The notes under the pieces were generated by a model. That model was not told the DNA's origin. It saw nothing but the letters and a program-made list of their open reading frames with translations, and searched no databases. From positions 558,001 to 622,000 of the forward strand of contig NIVC01000032.1 in the NCBI GenBank assembly GCA_002269645.1: a stretch of DNA of 64,000 nucleotides. Reading direction: 5' to 3'. Both the position numbers and the translations under genes were made by a program. Positions 36,705 through 49,900 of this stretch are shown here, piece by piece. How positions within the stretch are numbered: the stretch's first letter is position 1; the number at the start of each line of letters is the position of its first letter. Source of the stretch: Macrostomum lignano. Lineage: Eukaryota.

Positions 36705-37300
36705 TGTCAAGTGTGGGGAATGTGAAGTGTGGGGAATTGAATGAGAAGTGTGGGGAGATGTGAACTTTGGGGTTGGGAAGTGTAGGGAATAGGAATTGTG
36801 GGGTTGGGAAGTGTGGGGGTAGGAAGTGTAGGGAATGGGAAGTGTGGGGGTGGGCAGTGTAGGGGATGTGAACTTTGGGGTTGGGAAGTGTAGGGAATAG
36901 GAAATGTGGGGGTCGGGGGAAGTGTGGGGTATGTGAAGTGTAGGAAATGGGAAGTGTGGGGAATTGAATGAGAAGTGTGGGGAGATGTGAACTTTAGGGT
37001 TGGGAAGTGTGGGGGTAGGAAGTGTAGGGAATGGGAAGTGTGGGGGTGGGCAGTGTAGGGGATGTGAACTTTGGGGTTGGAAGTGTAGGGAATAGGAAAT
37101 GTGGGGGTCGGGGGAAGTGTGGGGTATGTGAAGTGTAGGAAATATGAAAAGTGGGGAATTGAATGAGAAGTGTGGGGAGATGTGAACTTTAGGGTTGGGA
37201 AGTGTGGGGGTAGGAAGTGTAGGGGATGTGAAGTGTGGGGGTGGGAAGTGTCGGGGTTGGGAAGTGTGGGGATGTGTAGTGTGGGGAATGGGAGGTGTGG
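36705..37300. repeat. G-rich degenerate repeat (gtgggg/gggaagtgt motifs) with a higher-order block of about 200-225 bp present three times
   Basis: gtggggaattgaatgagaagtgtggggagatgtgaacttt recurs near 36730, 36956 and 37151. Confidence 0.85.
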
Positions 37301-37749
37301 GAAGGAACTAATAGTAATTCGTTACGTTTTTAACTCTTTTTTCAGCTCTTTTTGTAGAATTGACGATTAGGAATTAAATAAATATTTTTGAAGTTTATAT
37401 TTGAAGTTGTCACCGTATGCAACACAAAAGATTGTGTGCCGATCTTATTCCCGAATGATTATATGATACAAACAAATAACGCCAGTAGTACTGTATGTGG
37501 TAGAGTTAAAGAATTCAGATCAGAATTTGTTGAATAAAATTTGTTACACTGATATAAATTTTCTAAAAAGTAAGTTTGTTTTTAATTTTTTAAAGACAAT
37601 TTTTCCCGGGGGGATTAGAATGATTTATAGTGGCTTAGCAACACGTAGCTAGCTACTTAAAGTAACTAAAGATCAAATAAGAATCTACGATTTTTTACAT
37701 CCAGTTGCTTATCAGTCAATATTCCGTTACATGCATAATGTTACTGTCC

Positions 37750-37890
37750 CGTTGCTATGCCTACTATGCCGTTGCTATGCCTTTAGTATGCTGTTGCTAT
37801 GCTGTTGCTATGCTGTTGCTATGCTGTTGCTACGCCGTTGCTATGCTGTTTCTATGCTGTTGCTACGCCGTTGCTATGATGTTGCTATGA
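37750..37890. repeat. 11-bp repeat (ctatgctgttg) downstream of the ZNFX1 stop
   Basis: Direct reading. Confidence 0.8.
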
Positions 37891-37963
37891 TTATACCGTA
37901 ATGAACCTATGTCTATCCAGTCAGCAAGTTATCGAACTCCCAGTCTCCAGCCGCAGCGCCTCA

Positions 37964-40900
37964 TCAGTCGTACAGCTGCAGATTCCCCATCATCTGATTG
38001 GCAGCCTCAGACCAGGCCGGATGCTCCGAGCCGTCCATCTCAGGCGCGTGCGCATTGCCAGCGGCCAGCTGGTGATTCTCTCCGCCAATCGTGGCTCCGC
38101 ACTCCGGACACGCAGCCACCTCATTGGCTCCGCCACAGTCGCCGATGGCGTACACGTGACCCCGGGGACACTTGAACCAGTGCCCGCTGGGCAGCTGCAT
38201 CGCCTTGACTATCATCTGCCGTTCTAGTCGGGTGACTCGAACCACGGACTTCACCAGCTCGTTGATCTGGTCGGCAATTTCGGTGGCGAGCTTCTGTCGA
38301 GTTTCGTTGAACCTTGAGCCGTCAGTCAGAGCTTTGAGCAGTTTGTCCAGCTTCTCCATCGCTTTGTCAGCCGCCTGCTGAGTCTCATCATCTAGACCCG
38401 TGCAGCCTCTTAGCTGGTGATGCAGCTGAGCGAAGTGGGCCAGAGCCTGCGAATTGAAAGTACGTGTTAAACTTTAAAATGATAATGCCGTTTTAACCTA
38501 GTTTGCACGGTTTTTCCACCGCGGTGGCGTTGCTTGAGCTTGTGGTGAAGCTTCGAGCTTGTGAATGTTCCAGTCAGGCATACTCCAATAATGTTCCCTA
38601 AGTTACCCTCAGCCGGAACAGCTCGTCTTCAGCCTGTTGCACCGAGTACTCGCTCAGCGGCTGGGTCGCCTCGAGCCAGCTCAGGAGCCGGATTGAGTCG
38701 ATGCTCATGCGGATGCTGGCGAACTCAAGCGGGCGAGTTCGTTGCAGCTGCGGCAAGTCGTTGAAATCCGCTGTCTCGGGATGACGAACGGGTTGCGCGT
38801 TGACCTCCTTGAACCAGTTGGTTGAGCTGATTTTTCTGAGCTGCTGAAGGAGCTGCGTGAGCAGCTGCAGACGTCTGAGCTCTTGGAGTTGGGCCGCTTC
38901 GCCGTATCGCTCCTTCTTGTAGCTCATGCCGCATCTGAGGAAGCTGGGGATATAGAGGTTTGGAGGCACTGGCTTGTAGACAAACAGACACAGACTGAAA
39001 TACACTAGACACTGGATGATAAGAAACTAAGATACTGGACGCTAAGACACCGGACACTAAGACACCCGAAACTGAGACACCGGACACTAAGACACCCGAA
39101 ACTGAGACACCGGACACTCTAAGACACCCGAAACTGAGACACCGGACACTCTAAGACACCCGAAACTGAGACACTCTAAGACACCGGACACTAAGATACC
39201 AGTCACTGAGATACCGGACACTAAGACACCAGAAACTAAGACACCGGACACTAAGACACCGGACACTAAGATACCGGACACTATGGCACAGAACCTGATT
39301 CACAAACAAACAGACAAGCTGACATTCTCACCGACTCAGCTCATTTTTGCTCAGCGAGTGCGCCATCCAGTTAGCGAACTCGGTGCTCGCCGCCAACACC
39401 TCGGCATCGCTGAGCATCTTCTCTCGCTCAGCCTCCACGGTGCTGGGCAGGCCGCGCAGGGCAGTTCTCAAGTCCAACCGTTGCTGGGCAATTTGATGCC
39501 TAACCTGCTCAATGTCGGCCTCAACGTTAGCAACCTCTCGCCTGTAGCGCTGACAGGAGGCTCGCGTGATTGGCGTCTTGCATAGCGGGCAGAGCTTGCG
39601 CACGATTTCGTTCTGCGGCGATGGAGTCTTCATCCAGTGGTCGAGTCCGGTCACCTGCGAGAATCGACATTTATAATGTCTTTATAACCATCATACAGGG
39701 TCGATCATGGACGGAACTGGAAGAGAGCGAACACTTAGTTGCACTCCTAAGGCACGAGGCCTGTGTGGAATCCAGCTTCTATGGCAGGGGTCGGTAACAT
39801 TTGAAACTTCACAATAGCAATCCGATCTGCTCAGAGTTTGTGCCTCTTCTCAGCTCTCTTCTCTGACCTCCTCTGTCTCTTTTTCTCTCCTTTTCTCTTC
39901 ACTTCTCCCGATCTCCTCTCTTCTCCACTCCTAGTTTCTCTCTTTTCTCTCCTCTCCTCTCCCCTCAATTCCTCTCCTTTCCACTCCTCTCCTCTTCTCT
40001 TCTTTTCTTGCTGTCTACTATCCTCTCCTCCCCATCATATTCCTTTCATCCTCTCTCCCTCCAAGCTCCTCTATTCGCCTCTCCTCGCCTCTCGCCCCTC
40101 GCCTCTCCTTTCTCCAATCTCTCTTCTCCCTTTTCTTTCTCTATTCTCTCTCCTATCTTCCCTCCTCTGGCCCGCAGCCATGCTTTATGTTCTCTATCTG
40201 GCCCTTGAAGTAAAAAAGTTTGCCGACCCCTGTTCTAGGGACTAGGCTGGGGACGCTGATATGGTTCTAGGGACACTAACTAACTAACTAAATAAGTACT
40301 CCGGCGCCTCAGCCATTGAAATAGGCTCTTACGCCACTAGACATAAATGAGTTTCCTGATAGGGAGTGTACTAATGTACACTAAAAGCCAAGTTAGACTA
40401 TAGAGGACTGTACAGGGCTGTATCAAAAAAACCAAACCTCCCCGGGGGACAGTGACAGCGGAACGACATACCAGTCAGGAAGCCCGTGCCCAAAAACCAG
40501 ATTAGATAGACCCAAGCCTATTAGGGATGGCCCGAAGGCCTAGAGCCGTGGCTACCATGCTGGGGCCGACCGCCCACCACCCCCGGGTACAAATCATAAA
40601 CCTCCCCGAGGCTAGAGGGGGAAGAGAGAACCATTCAGGGGAGCCCGTGCCTTCTCCTGGGTTAGAAAGGCCAAAACACCGGTCATAAGACCGCCCCCAC
40701 GGCCGTGGCCACCCGAAGGAGCCTCCCCCCCCCCAACTAAACCCCGGGTACTCTTGCCAGACAGTCTCTTATCTTTGAAGCGGCAGGAGGGCTATTCGCC
40801 GGGACTATTTCACCCTTTGCTTCGCCAACCCGCCATTTCTATTGTGACCGTGCCAACGGTCTCGTCCTGCTCAGACTCGGTCCTGGTTCTGGCACACTCC

Positions 40901-43900
40901 AGCTTTAATAGGGTCGCTGGCTGTACACTCAGAGGGCGCCTGAGGGATACCGTCAGAGCACCTTGGTACAGGTATAGGCCTGCCTTCCTATACAGCTACC
41001 CACAGCCCTTCCCGATCCACTATTACCCTCCAACCCAGCCTACTCACTCATTACAAGCTTTCAGCCAGGCAGAGACAAGTTTCACAGGAGTGACTGCGGT
41101 TAGGCGTCTCTATGCGAGACAAGGCCGCTTCAAGGCAACCCACGAGCCCCAGTAAACTCGTTATCTAACCTAGCTTCTAATATTTCCCTAAGCCAAAACT
41201 ACTAACAGTAGCGTAAAAGCAAATGCTTTTATAACTGTACACATGATAGACAACTTTTAGCTAGGTTGTATTACCTCAAAGACATGTTCACACGTGTCCA
41301 ATCTGATGAATTTCGCATCTGGGTCATCTTCGGTGCCGAAAAAGATGTCTCGAAATTTCTGATCCGTACCGCAGCGTCTGCAAACGATCAGATGCGACCT
41401 CTCGCCGCACAGACCGATGCACTCCAGACTACCGATCTTGCATACTTTGCATGCGTTGTTTTTCGGCTTAAAGCTGCATGGCTTGTTGCAAGGATCGCGG
41501 TCACATCGTTCGTGGCATCTGCGAAGACAATTTAGCATTAAATCTGGACTGATAGCATAAAAGTTTATGCTTTTTTACTGCCGAACTTTGAGAAATGGTG
41601 AATCAGCTTACTGTGTATTGGTGACTATAATTACACCCTGCTCTCTCTTCTCTCAGTATACATCGATCGATAACTAACCACACACTGCTCTCTCTCCTCA
41701 AAGTGTGCATCGATCGATAACTAACCACACACTGCTCTCTCTCTCTGTCTCTCTTCACCCAGTGTACATCGGTCAATGACTAATCACACCCTGCTCTCTC
41801 TTCACCAATTGTGCTTCGATGGATGACTAATCACATCCTGCTTTCTCTATCCTCCCAGTGCACATCGATCGATGACTAATCACACCCTGCTTGCTCTCTC
41901 TTCTCACAGTGTTCAGTTCACATCCTGTTCTATTATACACTGTAATGATTACATACGATAACATATAAACACTCAGTACTCACTTTCTAGTGCATTGCCC
42001 GTGAGGGCACCAATTATCGCAGGGCTGGTTGCATGGTACACAGGCGTCGCCGCATGGCATTTGACACTTGTTATGTCGGCAAGCGTTTAGGCAACCCTGC
42101 TGGCAGGGCGGGCAAGCTTGATGACAGGTGGAGCTGCGGCACACGTGGCCGCACACGAGCACCCGCTCGCACAGTTCTCTGCAAGGCACGTGCAGTCGGC
42201 CCTGCAACGATTGTGGTTTGGCTTGTTTTACTCGATTTTGACTAAAATGTACTATCGATATTTCATTGGCCCACCGCCCCAACCCCCATTATCGATCTGT
42301 TATTGGCCCACCGCCCCAACCCCCATTATCGATCTGTTATTGGCCCACCGCCCCAACCCCCATTATCGATCTGTTATTGGCCCACCGCCCCAACCCCCAT
42401 TATCGATCTGCTATTGCCCCACCACCCCAACCCCCATTATCTATCTGTTATTACCCCACCAACCCAACCGCAATTATCGATCTGTTATTGGCGTGCCAAC
42501 CCAACTCCAAATTATCGATTCAAAACCCACTTTATAGAGTCACTCAGCATAACCCACAAGCCTTTTCAAACCCCAACCTTGGCGCACCTGGTTGCACAAA
42601 CCGCAGCGACCCTTGCACCTGTGCCCGCAAGCCAATTCAGCTCCGCACGGCTGCTGACACCTGGAAAAGAGGCCGCTAGTCTCGCTGCAAGCGATGCTGG
42701 CCATGTGCTGACAGGGCAGCCTGCGCTCCACCCGGGCGAGGCACTGGTAGCTGTGAGGCTCGCCGCACTTCCTACTGCACAAGTGGCCGCAGTCCAGCAC
42801 CAGAGTGCACGGCTCCTGACAGGTGAACTTTTCTGCAGGCATCCAACATTCCACCTGGCAGTTTGAAAGATTAAAAAATGGTCAATACTATAATTTGATT
42901 TGGAATACTCAAATGAACTGCCGCTTACTCAAAGAAACTCAAAGATTCTCGACCCACTCGGAACAATTTGTGTCCTTGAGCAAGACACCTCACTCTGCAT
43001 TGCTTCAGTTCACCCAGCTGTAAAATGGGTGCCAGCATTAGCTGGAATAATTGAGGCTGTGGCGACCACTCCTCAGTCCTTGGACTGAACAGCCGTACGC
43101 AGCCTTCAGATGCGCCACGCAATAGCTGCGGCTGAGCTGTCGGTTGCACATCTGGCCCATTTTGGCAGGCATAAAGATAAAGCAACGCAAATGCCTCTGA
43201 CGCAAATTTTACCCTGATAGAAGTGTCAAAGTCTAAGACACCTGACGAGTCCCCCCCCAAACAGCTCTCACCATCTGCGTGTGGCCGCACTTCGGGATTC
43301 TCTTCGGCTCCCGAACGGTGCACTTGCACTGCTCATGGCATCGTTTAGGACACGGATGTCCTTTGGAGCAGGACTTCGGGCAGGGCATTTTGCAGATGAC
43401 CTCCGCGTGCTCCTTGTCGGTGGGGTGGCAGGCCTTCTTGCACACGTGACCGCATGGCATCCGCTGTCCGCAGGGCTTGTTGCAGCCACCTTCTGGCGAC
43501 TTTCGAAAGTCGGCCGGCTCGCGAATCTCGATGCTGGGCTCGTCCGGGTGGTTCTGGCAGGCCAGACGGAGTGCGTCACGATAGCAACCGGGCTCGTGCG
43601 CCACCGTGTCGACCATGCGACGCCAGAGACGGCTGGACTCCGCTAGCAGGTCGAAATTGCCGACAGCGTACAGGCCTCTCTTGGCGCGGCTCAGTGCCAC
43701 GCAGACGCGATTCTCCGTCTTCAGGAAACCGATGTCGAAGTCGTCGTTGCTGCGAACCAGCGACAGGATGATAATGTCGTTTTCTTCGCCCTGAGATTTC
43801 CGGGAAAAGGCGCGGTGAAGTTACGCTTTGATTTTGGATGCTTAGAAAGAAATCTATTAAGTAACGTTTGGCTAGACACTGAAATCTACCGATTTTGTGT

Positions 43901-46900
43901 TGACTAGACACTGAAATCTACCGATTGCGTTGACTAGACACTGAAATCTACTGATTGCGTTGACTAGACACTGAAATCTACCGATTGCGTTGACTAGACA
44001 CTGAAATTTACCGATTGCGTTGACTAGACACTGAAATCTACTGATTGCGTTGACTAGACACTGAAATCTACCGATTGTGATGACTAGACACTGAAATCTA
44101 CCGATTTCGTGTTGACTAGACACTGAAATCTACCGATTTTGTGTTGACTAGACACTGAAATCTACCGATTGTGTATTGACTAGACACTGAAATCTACCGA
44201 TTGTGTTGACTAGACACTGAAATCTACCGATTGTGTTGGCTAGACACTGAAATCTACCGATTGTGTTGACTAGAGACTGAAATCTACAGATTGTGTTGAC
44301 TAGAGACTGAAATCTACAGATTGTGTTGACTAGACACTGAAATCTACCGATTGTGTTGACTAGACACTGAAATCTACCGATTGTGTTGACTAGACACTCA
44401 AACCAGGGACTTCTTAAGCTAGCACCGGGACACGCAAGGTATGGCCATGAGTCACGGTTTCCCTGCAAGATGAGGCCGGTTTTTTACAGGGGGCAGGGAG
44501 GAAATGCACAGACTTGCTTTGTCTGCTTGCTTATATACTTCGAATATTAGAAGGAACTGGAGCTTCCTCCAAGTTTTCAACAGCAAATTTTTCTCAGTAC
44601 TTCCTCGATCCGTATTCATTTTGCTTGTGGCCCTTACGGAAATAATATTTTTAGTGAACTTATATTTGCATTAAAAAGTATTAAATTTGCAGCATGGTCA
44701 ACAAGTGCTCTGCAGTCGGCTGCAAAAGTGGATACACAAGTTCTGCAACTGCTGAAACTGTTACATTCCATTCTTTTCCACTGAGCGACCCAGACTTGCT
44801 AGAAAAGTGGAAGAAATCGATTCCCAATCAAAACTTGGAGCCAACGAAGTACATGCGAATTTGCTCATTGCACTTTTCGGAGCAAGATTTCGTTGAAACG
44901 TCTCGGGACTCCTTTGGCACCTGGCGCAAGAGGGACAGCAGCACGCTTAAAAAGCGATATCTGAAGCCCGATGCTGTGCCTAAGATTTTTCCCAATGCAC
45001 CAAAGTATCTGTCAACGCCTCGACAACCAGCGCGAAGCACGTGTGCAGCAACATCCTCTGCTCGACTCGACTTGGACAATATGCGTCTTCAGAGTGAGAT
45101 CGACGATTTTTTTGTTGAAGACTCAATTCTCGATCGCACACCCGTGGAGATTCAGGAGTTGCTCGATGCAGAGCAGAGCCGACCTGCTGGATTTCACACC
45201 AGCATCTGCGACGGCCAGTTGTGTATTTACATGCTGGATGTGAAGCCAGTCTGCCGGATCACCTGTTCCATCTGCATTGACTCCGATCATAAAGTTTCTA
45301 TTGGTATCAACGGCTCCCCGCTGTCGAAGGACAAGGTGACCGATTTTGCTGGTAACGAAGGCATGATTTCTACTATTAGTGGGCTGCTGAATCTTATGGC
45401 AAGGGTAAAGAACTGGAAGGAAAGCACTAATCTGTCTGAATCGCCCGAGCAGGCTAACGGCTTCCTTGACTTGGCAGAGGATAGCCTAACAAATGTGCTC
45501 GAACGGAAGGAAGACAGATCTGTGGCATTTCTCCTGGAGCAGCTACAGCTCAGTAGGACTAAAAAGGCAGCAAGAGTCTACTCTCAAGAGCTAATAGTTC
45601 TAAGCTATATGATTTACTCCATCAGCACCTCCGCTTACAATGCTCTGCGTGAGCAAGAAGTTCTTCACCTCCCGTCAGTGAGAACGCTGCAAAATGTCAC
45701 CAGACGAGTTGGACGGGATGGATTGAGTAGCCACGGCTACCTGCGCCTTCGAGCAAGTAAGCTGACTCAGATGGAGAAAGTGGTGCTGCTAATGGTGGAT
45801 GAGATTTACATAGCCAACCGAATCGAATACAGTGCCGGGCAAGTACGCGGAGTTGATGAATGCGGAGCGATTGCTACCACGTACTGCTGCTTCATGATTA
45901 AGTCCATTGCTGGGAAGTACAAGGACATGGTAGCAATGCAGGCTGTAGCCAACTTAACAGCCAAGAAGCTTCACACTTGGTTTCAAGATGTGATGGAACT
46001 GCTGCGAGCTTTGAATTTTACTGTGATTGCCGTCTCACTTGACAATGCTGCAGTCAATCGTAAATTCGCCACTGACTACATCTGCGATGGAGAGCTCAAG
46101 ACCTCGGTAATCGACAAAACCACGGGTCAGCCGATGTTCGTTTTCTTCGATCCTGTGCACAACCTCAAGAACATCTACAACAATTTCCAAGTCAGAAAAA
46201 ACTTCCAATGTCCTGCCTTTCCACCTGTTTTGCTGCGCACTTGTGAGGCCCAGTTTCAGCACATCACTGATCTGTACAATATCGAAGCCTGCAAAACAGT
46301 GCGACTGGCCCACAAGTTGAGTCCAACTGTAATCAGCCGCGAAGCATTGAAAAATCATCCGCGAAGTTGGCAGCGGCGGTTTTTTGCGAGTCAACACGCG
46401 ACGCGCTCAAGTATTACTCCGATCACGAAGGAAAGGACTGGACCGACACCGCAGAGTTCATCGGCGCTGTGCTTAAGCTCTGGAAAATTCTCAATGTCAA
46501 GACGGCATCGAAAGGCCGGCGAAAGCGCGACATAGATCAGGATCCTGTGCGGTCATCTCTCGACTGGAAGCTTCAGTATCTTGAGGAATTCAGCGAGTTT
46601 CTTCAGGTGAGGAAAAGAAGAGAACATAAGTGTACTTACAGTACAACCAAAATAGGCCAAGTACAGTAGAGTAGAGTATATAGTATAGTTTACTTTAAAT
46701 AACGGACGTGTTAGTATAGTAAAAGTATCCGACAAGAAAAAGAAAAGCTATCTTAAAATTATTTTAAACTTTAGTTTAAAACTTAGTTTAAAATAATTTA
46801 GTTTACTTTAGCTTAAATTCTTTTCCATTTCACACACATGATTTCAGTCTTGGGAAACTTCCGGCAGCCGCGGCTTGTCCAGGGAGACCTTCTTGGCTTG

Positions 46901-49900
46901 TCGCCATACCTGCCGAGCTATCGCTGCGTGCGCGAGGCACCTTCTGGACCGTGAAGACTTTTCCTACGTCCTGCTCGGTGCCCTGCAGTCTGACAGCATC
47001 GAGCGCAGATTCGGTTGGCTTCGCCAGATGTCTGGAACGAACTATTTCATCTCGGCCAGGCAGCTCTCCGAGAACAACCGGAAGATTGCAGCTATCAGTT
47101 TGCTCAAGTTCTCGCAGTTTTCGCTCCACGATATTGACCGTGCAATCGCCGAGTCGACTTATTTTCCTGATGTTGAGTCCAACATGAAGAAACTGGCTCA
47201 GGAGATGGCAGCGAAAATGGAGATGACTTTTCAGCCTGGAGAATCCGACTGCACTGTCATCTACTACATGAGCGGCTGCATCGCAAAGAAGCTTCTGCAG
47301 AACAGGCGTGGCTGCGAGTCCTGCCGGGAGCTTCTGCTTGAATCAGATGTTCTGCCTCCTCTTGAAGCAGATGCTCCGGTCCAGTCCGCTGCCTCCACTT
47401 TTATTGACGAGATCAATCGCGGCGGGCTGTCCAAGCCGGCTGCAGTTGTTTTCAATCTAGCAAGCCACTGTTGGAGAATTTTTGAGGAGATTCGACAGAG
47501 CGAAACACTGCGATGCCAGCTGCTCTGCGCTTCGAGCCAGATGCTGCTGTTCTCCAACCTCGTGGACGAGCTGATGGAGGACGGTATCTTCATGGAAAGC
47601 TTCTTTGGTCGCACTATCTGTTCTCAAGGCCACTGCATCAAGGGCGGCGTTGTCAGATTCTTCTTTAACTCGATGATGAAGAACCTGTCGAAGGACTTGT
47701 CAGCAGCCAGCACCGCTGCCAGAAGAAGTAGGAAGGTTGCGAAGCTTTCCAGCCTGTGCACTGACAAGTAAGGCAATGATCATATCATCTTCATATTCAT
47801 TGAAACTGTATTAATGGACATGTTCTCAATTACTATGTCGTCAAATGTAACTCATAGATTAAAAGCCATCTGGAATTATCTTATGCTTTTTGGCACTTAT
47901 GCACATATCTGAATGCATCAATATTTCACAATGCGTTATATTACCGTATACTCGTACTTTGATGCTTCTCAATGCGCTGTTTTACTAATTTACTAATTTA
48001 ACTAACGTTGAATAATCTGTTTAAAATTTTAATTACCACAAAGTTACTGGATAGATAGATGATGTTTTTGCTGATAAAATGAAAACTGCGTTGCGATTAA
48101 AATTGCTATAAAATGTACTGAAAATTGCTTACTTGCTCTGAAATTTAAACGTTTTTGTCTAACTAAATTTTACTGAATAAATCAATAAGAGATTTTAAAA
48201 TATACGTGAATAAACTTCTATTTATCCAAATAATCATTTTTGGAAAGCAAAAGCAAGCATATTGTAGAAAACCGCATAAATATCCACTAGCGTGCGTATC
48301 ACTGCTGCAAAATACAGCCACACACAATTGGCCAAAACCGGCCTCATCTTGCAGGGGGGTAAAAAAACTTGCGTGTCCCGGTGCTAGCTTAAGAGGTCCC
48401 TGCTCAAACCTACCGATAGATACTCAAATCTACCGATAGACGCTCAAATCTAACGATAGACACTCAAATCTACCGATAGACACTCAAATCCCTAGACACT
48501 CAAATCCCTAGACACTCAAATCCCTAGACACTCAAATCTACCGATAGAATCTACCGATTGACACTCAAATCTACCGATAGACACTCAAATCTACCGTGGA
48601 CACTCAAATCCACCGATAGACACTCAAATCTACCGATAGACAGTCAAATCTACCGATAGACACCCAAATCTACCTGGTAATTGTCGCAAACGCAGACTCG
48701 CACGCCGCGCATCAAAGGAAACTTGGGAATTAGCCGCTTGATGCTGAGCAGCTGCCCGCTGTACAGGGTGAGTACGGTGATCTGGCTCTGACTGTAGCCC
48801 TGCTTCACCAGATGGCACGCCAGCTGCACCACCATCTCGCTCTCAAACTGATTGCTCCTGCTGCGCATCTCTTCAACGTAGTCCTCGTGTTGTTGGTGAT
48901 TCATGAAGAACAAGTTGCTGGACATGCCCATCACGTCCGGGTAGGTGAGCACACTGACGTGATCCTGCAGGCCTGGATAAATGTGCTGCATCAGCTTGGC
49001 GATCTCTGGCCGCATCCGATGCTGGTAGACCAGAGTGTCATAGTGCACCCGATTGTTCACCAGCCGTTCGAACAGGGACACATCGAGGTTGTACTTTTTG
49101 GCCAGCTCATACACGGCCGGGTTCGGTTTGAGCTGCTTGTGATCGCCAATCAGCACCAGGTGCTGACAGCCCGGACTCAGCGAAGCCAGCACGTGCGATT
49201 CCAGCACCTCGGCTGCCTCTTCAACGATGACAATTTTCGGTTGAACCTGGCGTAGAACTCGGCGATAGCGCGCCGCTCCGGTAGTTGTCATGGCAACCAA
49301 ACGGCTGGCCTCGAACACCCGACGGTCGCACTCGTACACGGCCTCGGTGAGCTGGGCGCGCACCTGATTGTATTCCCGCTTGAGCTGCTCAATCTTCTCG
49401 CCCTGCTGCAGCAGGTACAGCTCTCGCCAGCGTCTGTACAACTGCCATCGGCTGTTCTCGTCCAGGCTCCAGATGTGGACGATTTCTCTGGCCTCCTGCT
49501 CGGGCATCGCCTCCTGGATTTGCAGCTGATGCTCAATCTGTCGATTCTGCCTGCGCTGGTCGAACACCGTCTGGAAGCCGTCCTGGTCGACCAGGACGCA
49601 GTTGCCAATGTCCACAGCCTTCTCGCGCTCGACCTCTGCCCTGATGCTGTGCTCCATCTCCTCTCGGCGGCCGGGCCGATCCGACAGCAAACTGTGCGAC
49701 GCGTCGCGCACGTCAAATTCAAAGTCGCCCTCGCCGCGCACATTGTCGTCATTTTCGTTGTCGTCGTCCCCGTCGTCGCCCAGAACGATCCTTGCAGCGG
49801 CTTCGTAGGCCTCCTGGAAGATAACCTCCTCTATCAGGTCGTTGTTCTCGTCTTCGGCTGCCAGAGCCTCGTCTAACGACAGTTCGACCTCCTGGTTAGC

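Noticed and set aside
36705-37300. Telomeric or interstitial telomere repeat
   Set aside because: Only isolated ttaggg hits; there is no tandem (TTAGGG)n.
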